A stretch of 64,000 bases of DNA from Candidatus Moraniibacteriota bacterium (GCA_028688415.1 JAQTYF010000001.1:716020-780019), one strand, 5' to 3'. Shown: positions 19,344 through 29,803, counted from the first letter of the stretch. Numbers and translations: made by a program. The notes: generated by a model from the sequence alone, not told the origin.

Positions 19344-20009
19344 TTAACGGTACATAAGAAAAAAGATGTCTGTCAAAAAAATAAATATCCAACTTGCCAC
19401 AAACGAATACCAGAGGGAGCGTGATCGATAAGCGATATATCCTGCGAACGGACAAAAGATGAGGAGCGGAGCCTTGTACCAAGAAAAGTCACCTTTCAAC
19501 AAGAAAAATCCGTAGAAAAAAGCTGCCTGCATCACTACTGCCCATATCCCAAATGATTTCAGCCAGAGTGATTGTATCAACCCCCGGAAAAACACCTCGT
19601 AAAGAGAAAGGACGATTGAAGAAAGAACAATTTCATAAAAGATAAACCAGAGAAAACTCGTCTGCACAATACCAGGGAACACGTACTGCTCATGAAAGAG
19701 AGGAAACATCAGTACAAGTCCGAGCTCGATTCCGCAAGCCACAATGAGCGCCAAGAGTACTGCAAGAACCCCTGATATAAAACGTCCTTTTTGCAAACCT
19801 AGGTTTTGAATCGGTTCACCTATGACCATTTTACTATACAACAATGGAATCACCAAGAAAAAAGCAATTCCTACAATAAATCCTTGGAGGACTGGACTAA
19901 AACTCTCATTCTCCTTGAAGAACAGGAGAAATCCCAACGAGAAGAATACGAGTATCCCCGTCACTATAAATCGTCTGTGCATCGCAAGCAATCTCAACAT
20001 ATGATTCAT
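19344..20009 (-). CDS. CPBP/CAAX-type intramembrane metalloprotease family membrane protein
   Basis: Multi-TM protein with a YEVFFRGLIQ motif resembling the EExxxR/FRG motif of the Abi/CPBP family. Confidence 0.45.
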   Translation of the reverse strand: MNHMLRLLAMHRRFIVTGILVFFSLGFLLFFKENESFSPVLQGFIVGIAFFLVIPLLYSKMVIGEPIQNLGLQKGRFISGVLAVLLALIVACGIELGLVLMFPLFHEQYVFPGIVQTSFLWFIFYEIVLSSIVLSLYEVFFRGLIQSLWLKSFGIWAVVMQAAFFYGFFLLKGDFSWYKAPLLIFCPFAGYIAYRSRSLWYSFVASWIFIFLTDIFFLMYR

Positions 20010-20013
20010 ATAC

Positions 20014-20493
20014 TTATTTATCTCCTACCTTTCTCATTCTTGCTTCTTCCTTGGCCTGACGAACTGCATCGAGACGCTCTTGTCGTAGTTTTGATTTCGA
20101 TGGACGGCCTTCTTTTTTTGCTGATTCTTCTTCTTTTTTCCAAGCTCTTTTCGCCAGCACATAGAGCACGAATACCATAGCTGTCTGGATAGGAAGAAAA
20201 TTCAGTCCAAAACCAATAGCCTCAACTAATCCAAAGAAAATAACAACCAAGCCTCTCGCTATCTGCATATTCCCTCTTGTTCCCTTGGAAGACCGATCGA
20301 ATACGGTGAGAAGTATCCAAATAAGGAAAGACAAACAGAGAGTGATGATTGTCCCAATGCCCGGCAAAGAACCAATAAAGGCGAGATCCAGCAAATCTTT
20401 GAAAAGAGCAATCAGCCCTACTCCACCATAGAGAAGGAGAGACGGCTTCTCTCCTGTAAATTTCATTCCTTCGGTACCTGATTCTGAAGCCAT
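20014..20493 (-). CDS. Small membrane protein (2-3 TM) with a basic C-terminal tail; possible pilin-like component of the adjacent T4SS-like cluster
   Basis: 159-aa ORF with hydrophobic helices and a K/R/E-rich tail. No motif assignment. Confidence 0.4.
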   Translation of the reverse strand: MASESGTEGMKFTGEKPSLLLYGGVGLIALFKDLLDLAFIGSLPGIGTIITLCLSFLIWILLTVFDRSSKGTRGNMQIARGLVVIFFGLVEAIGFGLNFLPIQTAMVFVLYVLAKRAWKKEEESAKKEGRPSKSKLRQERLDAVRQAKEEARMRKVGDK

Positions 20494-20614
20494 ATATACC
20501 AGTTAACAATTCCCTTATTCTTCTTTTTTTTGTATTTTGAGACCCGTGCCTTTTGCTTTGTTTGGTCTTTGTTCCGCCGGCTGGCGGATTGAATTTTGTG
20601 CTTTTTCTCTTCCG

Positions 20615-22474
20615 CTATCGTCCTGCATCAAATTCCGCCTTCGCTTGTTCTATTTCGAGCAACTGACGAGGATCAGAGGTGATGATCTGATCTTCACTGT
20701 ATGATGCGACTATCTTGATAGCGGCATGCTTGGAACCAGCAAAGAAAATACCTTCTCCGACATTACTCTCAAGCAACAAAAATTTCTCGTGATCAGTCAG
20801 ATAAAATGTCTCTGCAACAAGATCAATCGATGATGGGGATTGGCGAAGAAGGAGTTGCATCGAGGAGTTCGTAATAATTGGTTTTCCATAATGTGATGAG
20901 GCAAAATCGCCGATATCCTGAGTAATAGTCGTAAGTCCGGTATAGTATTTGCGACAACGCTTGGCGATACCAAAGAGAAACGCAGCAGCATCATCGTTTT
21001 GCATCATCACCCACGCCTCATCGACGACGATAACACGTTTTTTCATATGTGCACGGATTTCATTCCAGATGAATTGCAAGATGATATACATCGCGATTGG
21101 TCGAAGCTCATTCTCGAGATCACGAATATTGAATACCACAAGCTGATTGTCTACTGATATATTGGTTTGCTTGTTGAGAAATCCTCCGAAAATACCCTCC
21201 GTATAACGTTCGAGGCGCGCTGCGAGAGATTCTGCTCCTTCCATATTTTCGAGCACGGCATAGAGATCAGACATTGTCGGGAATGAAGAAGCTGTCAAAA
21301 CTGAGAAATCACTTGATTCGTTGATATCACGCACCGCGTAGGTTTCTCTGATGGCTCGATCAATAATAGAATCTTCTTCAGGGGTCACGGAGCCGAGCAT
21401 CAGGTGAATGAGTCCAATAAGATTGGCGACAGTATTTCGAAAAATATCCGCCCCTTCTTCATCGCCGATCTTTGTCGGAAGATCAAAAGGGTTCAGATGC
21501 ACATCTGAGGAAAGTGACACCTTGAGAAAAGCTCCACTCACTGCCTCACAGAGATGTTTGTATTCGTTCTCAGGATCGATGATAATGACGCTCGACCCAA
21601 ACATCATCGATCGAAGTATTTCGAGTTTTACGGTATAACTCTTACCTGCACCTGACTTGGCAAACACGACCATATTCGCATTTTCCATTTTGAAACGATC
21701 GAAAAGTATCAGACTATTATTGTGTCTGTTGATACCATAGAGAATACCTTCATTGGAAGAAAAATCAGAAGAAACAAAAGGAAACGTTGTAGAAAGTGGT
21801 TCTGTATTCAAATTACTCGCCACATCGAGCGTATCCATAGCAAGTGGTCTCGTCGCAGCAAACCCCTGATCCATCCGCATCACCGCAGGTTTGATATAGA
21901 CCAATTGGGATTCGAGAATAGCTTCTATGGACTGACATTTATCACTGAGCTCTTTCTCATTGGCACCATATACCGTCATATACAGTCCAAAACGAAAGAA
22001 TTTTTCTGTCCCTTGTTGCAGGTTCGTTCGTAAACTTTCGATATCCTGAAGAGCAGTCTCGAGTACAGGATCACTGATTTTCCCTTCTTCGGATTCGATA
22101 TGCATCTGTGATTGCACTTGGGTCGATGATTTTCGGAGGTTTTTCAATATTTCTGCCGTGTCAATTGGATGAATGAAAAGTGCCGTATCCATTGCAAAAT
22201 CAATGTTGATAATCGGAGAAAACCAATTGGTAGAGAGAAATCGTGGATATGCCACCACAAAATAGGTTCGTGACAGCACTTCTCCGATCTGCATCGTATT
22301 GGGGTTGAGACGAATAGCTGGAGGGGAAATAAAATCACGAATCGTAGTCAATCCTTGTTGATACAACGTTTCTTCTTTTGGCTTTGAATGATCGAGAAAC
22401 GACAAAAAAGACTTCTTGGATTTGTCGTCTGGAGATGATTGTTTCGGATCAATAAGTGTAATTCCTTGAGGCAT
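20615..22474 (-). CDS. virB4: VirB4/TrbE/CagE-family type IV secretion ATPase (ATPase portion)
   Basis: Walker A FAKSGAGKSYTVK, Walker B RVIVVDEAWVMM, TTITQDIGDF region. Confidence 0.85.
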   Translation of the reverse strand: MPQGITLIDPKQSSPDDKSKKSFLSFLDHSKPKEETLYQQGLTTIRDFISPPAIRLNPNTMQIGEVLSRTYFVVAYPRFLSTNWFSPIINIDFAMDTALFIHPIDTAEILKNLRKSSTQVQSQMHIESEEGKISDPVLETALQDIESLRTNLQQGTEKFFRFGLYMTVYGANEKELSDKCQSIEAILESQLVYIKPAVMRMDQGFAATRPLAMDTLDVASNLNTEPLSTTFPFVSSDFSSNEGILYGINRHNNSLILFDRFKMENANMVVFAKSGAGKSYTVKLEILRSMMFGSSVIIIDPENEYKHLCEAVSGAFLKVSLSSDVHLNPFDLPTKIGDEEGADIFRNTVANLIGLIHLMLGSVTPEEDSIIDRAIRETYAVRDINESSDFSVLTASSFPTMSDLYAVLENMEGAESLAARLERYTEGIFGGFLNKQTNISVDNQLVVFNIRDLENELRPIAMYIILQFIWNEIRAHMKKRVIVVDEAWVMMQNDDAAAFLFGIAKRCRKYYTGLTTITQDIGDFASSHYGKPIITNSSMQLLLRQSPSSIDLVAETFYLTDHEKFLLLESNVGEGIFFAGSKHAAIKIVASYSEDQIITSDPRQLLEIEQAKAEFDAGR

Positions 22475-22542
22475 GATTTTTTATTTACTTTTTTCTTTTA
22501 ATTCTTCGTTTACTGTTAATTGCTATCTGTTAACTGTCTTTG

Positions 22543-23229
22543 TTATACCGATGCAATATCTACACCGCCCATGTTTTTTAGTATGGTAGCAGTAAAAAGT
22601 GATGGATTGTAGCTATTGTAGAGCAGTTCTACCACTTCTTCGGTATTGAGAGGAGAAACACGGACACCAGTCCCTCCGAGTACAGAAGAAACGTGTTCTA
22701 CGCGTTGCAAGAGTTGTGATCGATATGTTTCAAAGAGATGCCCAGTATCCTTGACTGCTTCTTTGGGCTGGAAAATACCAAAAAGTTTTGTTCCGAGGCC
22801 TCCTTGTTCATCTTCGACAGGAGAGAAGGGAATAACAACATAAAAATATTTCGACATGATATTTGATACGTCGGTCAAATTCTTGACAAAAGATTTGTAT
22901 TCGGAAATTTGAAAACGGAGGAGTTCATTTACTTGCTGCTTCTCTGCATCCTCGAGGAGATCAATATAAGATCGAATATCGAAGCGACGAGAGGAAACGA
23001 CGATTTGGACAGGGAAATCGAGTGAGTTGAGGAAAGACTGATATTGCGAAATAACCGCGTTCTGTTCATCGGTTGATTTCAGATCAAAATTGATCGAAGA
23101 AACAAGCAGGATGGAACGGAGCGCACCATTTTTGAGTACAATCACGCCATCACGAATTCTTTCCACATCGACATATTGTTGTGTACTTGATCCTCCTCCT
23201 GTTGTATTTTTTGGTTTCAAAAATTCCAT
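22543..23229 (-). CDS. Hypothetical protein resembling the N-terminal (CagE/TrbE/VirB) domain of VirB4, encoded as a separate gene
   Basis: IRDGVIVLKNGALRSILLVSSINFDLKSTDEQNAVISQYQSFLNSLDFPVQIVVSSRR pattern. Lies immediately upstream of the VirB4 ATPase gene. Confidence 0.4.
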   Translation of the reverse strand: MEFLKPKNTTGGGSSTQQYVDVERIRDGVIVLKNGALRSILLVSSINFDLKSTDEQNAVISQYQSFLNSLDFPVQIVVSSRRFDIRSYIDLLEDAEKQQVNELLRFQISEYKSFVKNLTDVSNIMSKYFYVVIPFSPVEDEQGGLGTKLFGIFQPKEAVKDTGHLFETYRSQLLQRVEHVSSVLGGTGVRVSPLNTEEVVELLYNSYNPSLFTATILKNMGGVDIASV

Positions 23230-23272
23230 TTTTCTTTTTTACCTATGATCACTTATCCTGTATCAAGTTTAT

Positions 23273-23677
23273 TTATTTCCCCTCTTGTCCGTCAAGTATT
23301 CGTGCCAATGCAATGAGTTTTTCTCTATCCATACGTTTTTCAGCGATTACAGGAATTTCGACTTTTTGTTTTACAGGCTCTCTATCCGATAGTTTGGGAG
23401 GTGTTTTCTTCCACACAGCGATTTTGGGACGGAAAAGAAAGAGAAAGGCATAGAAAATAAACGTTGTGAAAGAAAAGCCATTCGGTCGATAGAAAGCAAA
23501 AACAAGAAAAAGAAGAGCGATCGGTATACCCGCAACAATAAACAACGTGGTGTCGACATAACTAAACAACGTAAGGAGTACTGCTCCCATGCCGATCATC
23601 CAGCCAAGCTGTTTCCATGTGAGTGGACCGACGATCTTGTCTTCGATACCGATAAATTGTGGGACGCTCGACATCAT
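23273..23677 (-). CDS. Small 2-TM membrane protein, PrgI/VirB3-like candidate
   Basis: 134 aa with two hydrophobic helices, positioned upstream of virB4 as in Gram-positive-type T4SS loci. Confidence 0.35.
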   Translation of the reverse strand: MMSSVPQFIGIEDKIVGPLTWKQLGWMIGMGAVLLTLFSYVDTTLFIVAGIPIALLFLVFAFYRPNGFSFTTFIFYAFLFLFRPKIAVWKKTPPKLSDREPVKQKVEIPVIAEKRMDREKLIALARILDGQEGK

Positions 23678-23742
23678 ACTGTTATTTCTCTAAAGAACAC
23701 CTCCTCTACTCTACCATATCCTTCCCAATAACATCAATTTCC

Positions 23743-24948
23743 TCAAGCATTTCTCTGTGATGGACGGATCACAAATGGATTCGAATCATCATTTCTCGAA
23801 TGTGTCACTTGAGGCGTTGTACTTGATACGGGTTCTGAAACATTCTTCACAGGATTCATCGTAGGTTGTGCTTGTTCTTCTTCATCTTTCTTGGTTTTCT
23901 GTAACATTTCCATTTCTGCTGGCAATATATGTCGTGCAGAAAAACTCATTGTACCATCTGTTGTTTTTACCTCCTGCGGATTCACAGTTGGTATTTGAGA
24001 GTGATGATTCTGGACGATGCGCATACTCGGTATGGTCGATTCAGTCTGTTTCATACCATCTGATCCTTGAGATTGCTTCATCGAAAAAGTCTGCGTCGTA
24101 GAAGGTATGTGTATCGGATTTTGCTTCAGAGAAGTATTCGTAGGAGAGACTGTGACAGACGGAGCAATAGGTGCTTTCTGACTCACATTTCCTGTATTAT
24201 GAAACTCGGGAAAGAGTACTTCTTGATGTTCTGTATCGATAGAAAGCGGGGTACTCTCTTCAATAGACTTGAGAATGAGATTGACACGTTCTCGCTCTTC
24301 TGGAGAAAGCTTGGCACCATTTTCGGAACGAAAAAGAAAATTTCCTCGATCGACACTATTATGATGACCCACGCCAAGCTCGTCACGATAGTACTTGATC
24401 CAATACAAGAGTGATGGTCGGACAGGTTCTCCTTGTGATTTAATTTTGATACGTTCTCTCGAAACGAGCTGGTTACCGAGGCGTTCATATTTCGACAGAG
24501 CTTCGAGAAGTGGCATATTGATGGTCATTTTCTTTGGTTCAGTTTTCTCCTCCGACTCCTCTACTCTCGCTTTAGGCTGTATGGTCAGGATTTCTTTCTG
24601 AATAAAAGCGATAATATCTTTGGCTTGATTCGGATCTCCGCCATTCGTCGTCATGAGCATACTTCCAATTTTTGCCTCACATTCTTCGATTTTCAATTCG
24701 CCAAAAAATATCTTCCGGATAAAAAGACTCATGTTTCCGATAGCGATATCATTGAGATGGAAATTTTCTTGAAGACGCTGAATAGCCGTAGCTATTTCGC
24801 TAGAGATCAAAATATCTCGAGATTGTTTTGATAACAGACGAAAATGCTTCCATAAAACATCTTCTTTTTGTCTATCCATAACATCTACTGAACCATCTTC
24901 AGAGACGAGCATTGGATAACACACTATTTTTTTATTTTCTTCTTCCAC
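23743..24948 (-). CDS. Hypothetical protein (401 aa) in the T4SS-like cluster, S/T/Q-rich C-terminal half
   Basis: Long ORF, co-oriented with the cluster. No motifs recognised. Confidence 0.45.
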   Translation of the reverse strand: MEEENKKIVCYPMLVSEDGSVDVMDRQKEDVLWKHFRLLSKQSRDILISSEIATAIQRLQENFHLNDIAIGNMSLFIRKIFFGELKIEECEAKIGSMLMTTNGGDPNQAKDIIAFIQKEILTIQPKARVEESEEKTEPKKMTINMPLLEALSKYERLGNQLVSRERIKIKSQGEPVRPSLLYWIKYYRDELGVGHHNSVDRGNFLFRSENGAKLSPEERERVNLILKSIEESTPLSIDTEHQEVLFPEFHNTGNVSQKAPIAPSVTVSPTNTSLKQNPIHIPSTTQTFSMKQSQGSDGMKQTESTIPSMRIVQNHHSQIPTVNPQEVKTTDGTMSFSARHILPAEMEMLQKTKKDEEEQAQPTMNPVKNVSEPVSSTTPQVTHSRNDDSNPFVIRPSQRNA

Positions 24949-24965
24949 GATATTTCTATATTAAT

Positions 24966-26906
24966 TTATGGGAGATCAGCTTGAATTTTCTGATATCGTT
25001 CAGGATTTGATATTCTTGTAAGCGTCATATAATTCTGAGCGTGAACTTCATTCGCATTTCCAGCTCTGAAAACATCTTGTTTTGCAACATCAGAGCTACT
25101 CATATTGCTCAACATATTATTCACAGCTGCTTGTCGGACAACACCTGCATTTCCTGCTGGATTTGCACGCATCGTATTTGCGACTTCGACTTCAATAAGC
25201 ACACTCGATTTTCCTTCTTTCTTCAATTTCTTATCAAGCTCTTTTTTAATATCTGGACCAAGTGCAGCCATATTATTATATTGGGTAACATCCATACTAT
25301 CAAGAGCGTTTCCATTTGCTTTCTTAATAAGCTCTTTCACTTTTTCTGCCTGTGCCTGAGGATCCTTGTTTGCAGACTTGATAGCCTCAACCGCATTATT
25401 TAATTCGCTTGCACTGCTAAATTGTTCTTTCTTTGCAAGAATGTTGGCTGCAGCTTCTCTCTCTGCAGCGCTATATTTATCTCTGGTACGAGGATCTATG
25501 TGTTCTTTCAATACTGTTGCACTCATTCGCCCTTCTTCCATTTTTTTCTCATTTTCTGCTACCTGCTTATTGTGTTGATTTTCTATGACTCGGTTATAAC
25601 CTTCTCTTCCTCCGCCTACACGACCAGCGATTCTTTCTTCTGTTTGTTGACTAGAATCTTTCCAATATTTTGGTGTGACATATTTCAATACTCCGTTATT
25701 CTCAGCCCTTTCCTTGATACCCTTTCCTACGCCCCGTGTCAGAGTATTATTATAAGTTTTCTTCCCTGCCCATTTGGTAAATGCTTGTCCTTTGTCGACA
25801 ACCATACCTGCTCCAACGATAGAAAACGATTTTGCGAGTCCCATTGTGAACCAAAGCATAATAATAGGAATAGAGAAAAGTGCCATAGAAGCAAAGAAGC
25901 TCTGATCGACTCCTACTACATTTCCCGCTACTGTCTTCATGTTTGCGAATACCTCACTCCCATTCCCGAGAGAAGAAAAGAGTCTCACTGAAACAAGAAG
26001 CATCAGCATAGCCGCCGGCCCAAAGAACGCATATTTCCAGAAATTGTCCCACCACATGCCCGAATATTTCTCCAATCCAGGAATGATAGACACCGCAAAT
26101 CCGACTGGTGAAAAAATCACGAGGACAACAAGTGCGACAAGACGAATCACAAACATAATCGACAATACGAGCAGTGTGATAGAAAATATAAAGAGGAAAA
26201 CAATAGCTATCAGAAGTCGTGAAATATTTGAGTCTTGTTTATTCGGCAGCAATGTAGTCTCGAGACTAGTAGCCGTAAGTGCAGAGCCGAATAAGCCAGT
26301 TCCACTTCCTGCACCTGGGTTACTCGCCATCATCTGATTGGCAAAGAAATACATCGGGACATTGGTCATATCGATCAAAGCTCGTGATACCGGGTAGCTG
26401 AAGTTGATAAACAGCGCTGCGAGGACAATACTGAGGAGAGCTTTCTTGAAATCTTTGCTCACCTGGAAAACAAGCGTGAATGCTGTGTAGAGGAGGACGA
26501 GAATGAAAAACAAATTGAAAAAATCACGAATAAATTTCCAAGATTCATATATTCCCGGATTTCCAAAAAGAACAGCCACATCTTTGGGATCAATAGCCCA
26601 TTCAAAGATGGTTATAGCAAGAGACGTTAATAAGCCAAGAGTAACAAAAATGCCGTAAAGCAACCACTGAAACGCTGGCTTTAAACCATCAGTAACGGCA
26701 CCACCGACTTTTCCTGCCGCCGTACTAATAGACTCAGAGACAGATTTTGGACAGAAAAAATCGCCACAGTCCCCGTAAAGAAAGCTCTGTTCAACTGCAT
26801 CTGCAGATTGTACATCAGAAAAAGAAAAAATCACTCCTGAGAAAAGCAAGAGTGCCAAAAATGAAACGATCAGATTTTTTTTTCTGTTTTTTGCGATAAA
26901 AGCCAT
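24966..26906 (-). CDS. Polytopic membrane protein (signal peptide, ~8 TM, long hydrophilic C-terminal region), VirB6/TrbL-like candidate
   Basis: 646 aa, multiple TM helices, position in the cluster. Confidence 0.45.
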   Translation of the reverse strand: MAFIAKNRKKNLIVSFLALLLFSGVIFSFSDVQSADAVEQSFLYGDCGDFFCPKSVSESISTAAGKVGGAVTDGLKPAFQWLLYGIFVTLGLLTSLAITIFEWAIDPKDVAVLFGNPGIYESWKFIRDFFNLFFILVLLYTAFTLVFQVSKDFKKALLSIVLAALFINFSYPVSRALIDMTNVPMYFFANQMMASNPGAGSGTGLFGSALTATSLETTLLPNKQDSNISRLLIAIVFLFIFSITLLVLSIMFVIRLVALVVLVIFSPVGFAVSIIPGLEKYSGMWWDNFWKYAFFGPAAMLMLLVSVRLFSSLGNGSEVFANMKTVAGNVVGVDQSFFASMALFSIPIIMLWFTMGLAKSFSIVGAGMVVDKGQAFTKWAGKKTYNNTLTRGVGKGIKERAENNGVLKYVTPKYWKDSSQQTEERIAGRVGGGREGYNRVIENQHNKQVAENEKKMEEGRMSATVLKEHIDPRTRDKYSAAEREAAANILAKKEQFSSASELNNAVEAIKSANKDPQAQAEKVKELIKKANGNALDSMDVTQYNNMAALGPDIKKELDKKLKKEGKSSVLIEVEVANTMRANPAGNAGVVRQAAVNNMLSNMSSSDVAKQDVFRAGNANEVHAQNYMTLTRISNPERYQKIQADLP

Positions 26907-27000
26907 ACAGCTCTCGAAAATACCAGGAGAGAAAGAATTATCTTTTTTCAGTATACCATAAAAAAGAAAAGAAGGAAGCGTTTGTCAACACTCCCTTCTT

Positions 27001-27118
27001 CCTGTTTTTCATTATTCTTCTCCTCTATCTTTTATCTCGCATCCCTTATCCTGCATCACTTATCTCTTATCTTGTATCACTCATCCTGCATCACTTATCC
27101 TGCATCATGTATCCTATT
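27001..27118. repeat. Array of about 5 degenerate tandem copies of a 14-bp unit (CTTATCCTGCATCA)
   Basis: cccttatcctgcatcacttatctcttatcttgtatcactcatcctgcatcacttatcctgcatca. Related copies at 23240-23262, 28793-28834, 29801-29862 (opposite orientation), 30255-30298 and 32540-32662. Confidence 0.6.
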
Positions 27119-27119
27119 C

Positions 27120-28448
27120 TTAGTAGATGAATCCTTTGATAGCACGACTCGATGCAGAGAGTGTTCGACGACTCGTCTTGGCCCAGCCGACATAGTTCAT
27201 CTCGCTTACCGTGATAGTATCGCCACTCACTTTTTCTACAAGAGCAACGTGACCATAGAAACGATTCTCAGTGGTTACCATGATAGATCCGACTCTCGGT
27301 GTTCGTCCTGTCTGATAACCAAGTGCTTTGGCCTTATACAGCCATGTACCCGCATTACCACTCCACGGGACATAACGTTTCTGGGCGACATACCAGGTAC
27401 ACCATCCGTATGGGAATCGATGACCTGTCCCTGCTTTACCATCGAGTTTACGCCCAGAAGAAATATCAGTTGCTGTACCACCAGCAGAGCTGGCATACTG
27501 TCGTCGTTCCAGTGTACCGGCAGGTGTCGGCTTTACCACTTCTTCTTTCCTCCCATCTGGGATGATAATGACATCACCAACGGTTATCTTTCCGTTGGCC
27601 GGAAGCTCGTTGAAAGCAATAATTTTACTTTTTTCTGCTTTGAAAGATGCTGCGATAGTATCGATGGTGTCACCCTGCTTCACGGCATAGGAAAGTCCAG
27701 CGACAGGAAGGATAAATATCTGATCCCCTGGCTTGATCTGATCGACGTTATCGAGGTCGTTCGCCCACAAGATAGTATTGACAGTGATACCGTTCTTGGT
27801 AGCAATCCCACTCACAGTGTCTCCTGATTCGACGGTATAGATCTTGACACCACCATCTTCTTCTGGATCACGAGCGATAGCACTCTCTGTAGAGAGAATA
27901 ATTTGATTGCCACCAGCTTGACCCTGCATATCAAAAAAAGAAGTATCATCCTTCTGGTTTGGATCTATGGTGCTTGCCGTACTGGCGAGCGGTACGAGGG
28001 AAAGATTTTCTTTCTTACTGGTTTGAGCAGCAATACGATGTTTCGCAGAGAGAGATTGTTCACTGACAGTATCTCCATTGACATAGCCAAACAAGAGACT
28101 ATCAGCGTCTTTCCCTTGAGTGAAATTGCTCGCCGAAACAAGGAGAGTGCTGGAGGCTACGATAGAAAAAGCCGAGTAATTACGGAAAACACGCACGACA
28201 CGATAACCAGACAATTCTTTGATGAATTGGAGGAAATGTTTCTGAGAAGAATGTGTACGGGTATGCAGATTTTTCAAATGACCTGACAGTGTCATTGCCT
28301 TCTCCTCATGAGGGGTACGTGTCAACAATGAGCGTACATGATTCTTGCTCATCGCGAGACGAGCCTTGAGAGAAGGATGTGGGGATTGAGTATTTATAAA
28401 ACTCTCGCCTTTCAATTGATAGAACACTCTAGATACAAATTTTCTCAA
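27120..28448 (-). CDS. Peptidoglycan hydrolase: LysM domains plus a C-terminal CHAP (Cys/His amidohydrolase/peptidase) domain
   Basis: LysM-like GDTVSGIATKNGITVNTILWANDL and GDTIDTIAASF. CHAP motifs GWCTWYVAQKRY and GHVALVEKV. Confidence 0.8.
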   Translation of the reverse strand: MRKFVSRVFYQLKGESFINTQSPHPSLKARLAMSKNHVRSLLTRTPHEEKAMTLSGHLKNLHTRTHSSQKHFLQFIKELSGYRVVRVFRNYSAFSIVASSTLLVSASNFTQGKDADSLLFGYVNGDTVSEQSLSAKHRIAAQTSKKENLSLVPLASTASTIDPNQKDDTSFFDMQGQAGGNQIILSTESAIARDPEEDGGVKIYTVESGDTVSGIATKNGITVNTILWANDLDNVDQIKPGDQIFILPVAGLSYAVKQGDTIDTIAASFKAEKSKIIAFNELPANGKITVGDVIIIPDGRKEEVVKPTPAGTLERRQYASSAGGTATDISSGRKLDGKAGTGHRFPYGWCTWYVAQKRYVPWSGNAGTWLYKAKALGYQTGRTPRVGSIMVTTENRFYGHVALVEKVSGDTITVSEMNYVGWAKTSRRTLSASSRAIKGFIY

Positions 28449-28834
28449 AATGAGAAAAAGAGAGCATCAAGCATTTATCCTAATTTTTACAAAATTCAGT
28501 ATACCTTATTCAGAATTACCAGTCAATGGAAAAAAAGCAAAAAACCACTCATTACGGCTTAAATAAAGCTTATTTTATGTTTATAATTTGATTTTTTGCT
28601 TTATATAAAGCTTTTTATATTTTTACTCATTCTTGCGGTACTATACATTCCCTTCATTGTCGTTCCAACGTAGGCGGGAATCTAGAAAATAAAAAGTGAA
28701 ACATTCATACCAAACATGATATACTTTAAGTATTATTCATCTTGCATCTCTTATTATTTTTTCCTTTTTTCTTTCTTATCTTCTCTTTCTCTTTTAATCA
28801 CTCATCCTGCATCACGCATCACTTATCATTTCTT

Positions 28835-29803
28835 ATGCCAGAAATAGAAAAGCAAAAAACAGAAATACTGGCTCTAGCAAAGGATTTTTGTGACCATCTT
28901 GAAATAGAAATGAGTCGGTCCAAGAAAACAGTAGACAGCTATATTCGTACGCTCTCATACTTTTTTGTGTGGGGAAAAATAAAAACTCCTCAAGATATTA
29001 CAGCAGAAAAAGTACATGAGTACAGAATCTATCTCAACCGAAAAATGACTCGAGAGGGAGAGACTCTCAAGAAAAGTACTCAAGCCTACCACGCCGTCGT
29101 CATCCGCACGTTCCTTAAATATCTCTCACGACACGATATCAAAACACTTACGGCGGAGAAAATCGAGATAGGAAAAACTCCTGATCGTCAGATCGATTTT
29201 CTTGAATACGAAGAGGTAGAGAGACTTATTTCTGCTTCTGATGGAGTCCACGTGAAATCTCTTCGTGACAAGGCGATTCTCGAACTCCTCTTTTCTTCTG
29301 GTCTCCGTGTGTCTGAACTCGTTAGTCTCGATCGAGATCATGTCAATCTCGACAAAGAAGAATTCAGTGTCCGTGGTAAAGGGGGGAAAATCCGTATTGT
29401 TTTTATTTCTCCAGATGCCAAAGATGCTCTCAGAAAATATCTCGAAAAACGTGTCGATGTCGATCCAGCGCTCTTTGTCGCTTATCAGAAGCCTGGACTC
29501 CAAAACAGAAAAAGTGCAGAAAGAGAAAGCAACCGTCTCACTGTACGAAGCATCGAACGCCTCGTCAAATACTATGCCAAGAAAGCTGGCATCATAAAAG
29601 ATGTTCATCCTCACACGCTCCGACATAGTTTCGCAACCGACCTCCTCCGGAACGGTGCTGATATCCGCTCTGTCCAATCAATGCTCGGTCATGCCTCTAT
29701 CACGACCACTCAGATCTATACCCACGTGACCAATGAACACCTCAAAGAAGTTCACCAGGCGTTCCATGCGAAGAGGAAGAAGCGGGGGGAAACTGATAAT
29801 TGA
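28835..29803 (+). CDS. Tyrosine recombinase, XerC/XerD family
   Basis: C-terminal HPHTLRHSFATDLLRNGADIRSVQSMLGHASITTTQIYTHV with the R-H-R-Y residues. Start moved to the internal ATG at 28835 (MPEIEKQ...) because the upstream ORF extension runs through the 14-bp repeat array. Confidence 0.85.
   Translation: MPEIEKQKTEILALAKDFCDHLEIEMSRSKKTVDSYIRTLSYFFVWGKIKTPQDITAEKVHEYRIYLNRKMTREGETLKKSTQAYHAVVIRTFLKYLSRHDIKTLTAEKIEIGKTPDRQIDFLEYEEVERLISASDGVHVKSLRDKAILELLFSSGLRVSELVSLDRDHVNLDKEEFSVRGKGGKIRIVFISPDAKDALRKYLEKRVDVDPALFVAYQKPGLQNRKSAERESNRLTVRSIERLVKYYAKKAGIIKDVHPHTLRHSFATDLLRNGADIRSVQSMLGHASITTTQIYTHVTNEHLKEVHQAFHAKRKKRGETDN

Noticed and set aside
26982-27827. 281-aa plus-strand ORF
   Set aside because: Runs through the 14-bp repeat array and is antisense to the LysM-CHAP gene. 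The product is low-complexity and there is no start context. Spurious.
28742-28834. Longer N-terminal extension of the recombinase ORF (MHLLLFFPFFFLIFSF...)
   Set aside because: The extension is the translation of the TTATC-type repeat array. The internal ATG at 28835 gives a normal XerC/D-length protein.
28835-29803. Integrase as evidence that the T4SS-like cluster is an integrative conjugative element
   Set aside because: The C-terminus is XerD-like (chromosome-dimer-resolution type). No relaxase or VirD4 is present, and no att-like direct repeats flank the cluster. A chromosomal apparatus is more likely.
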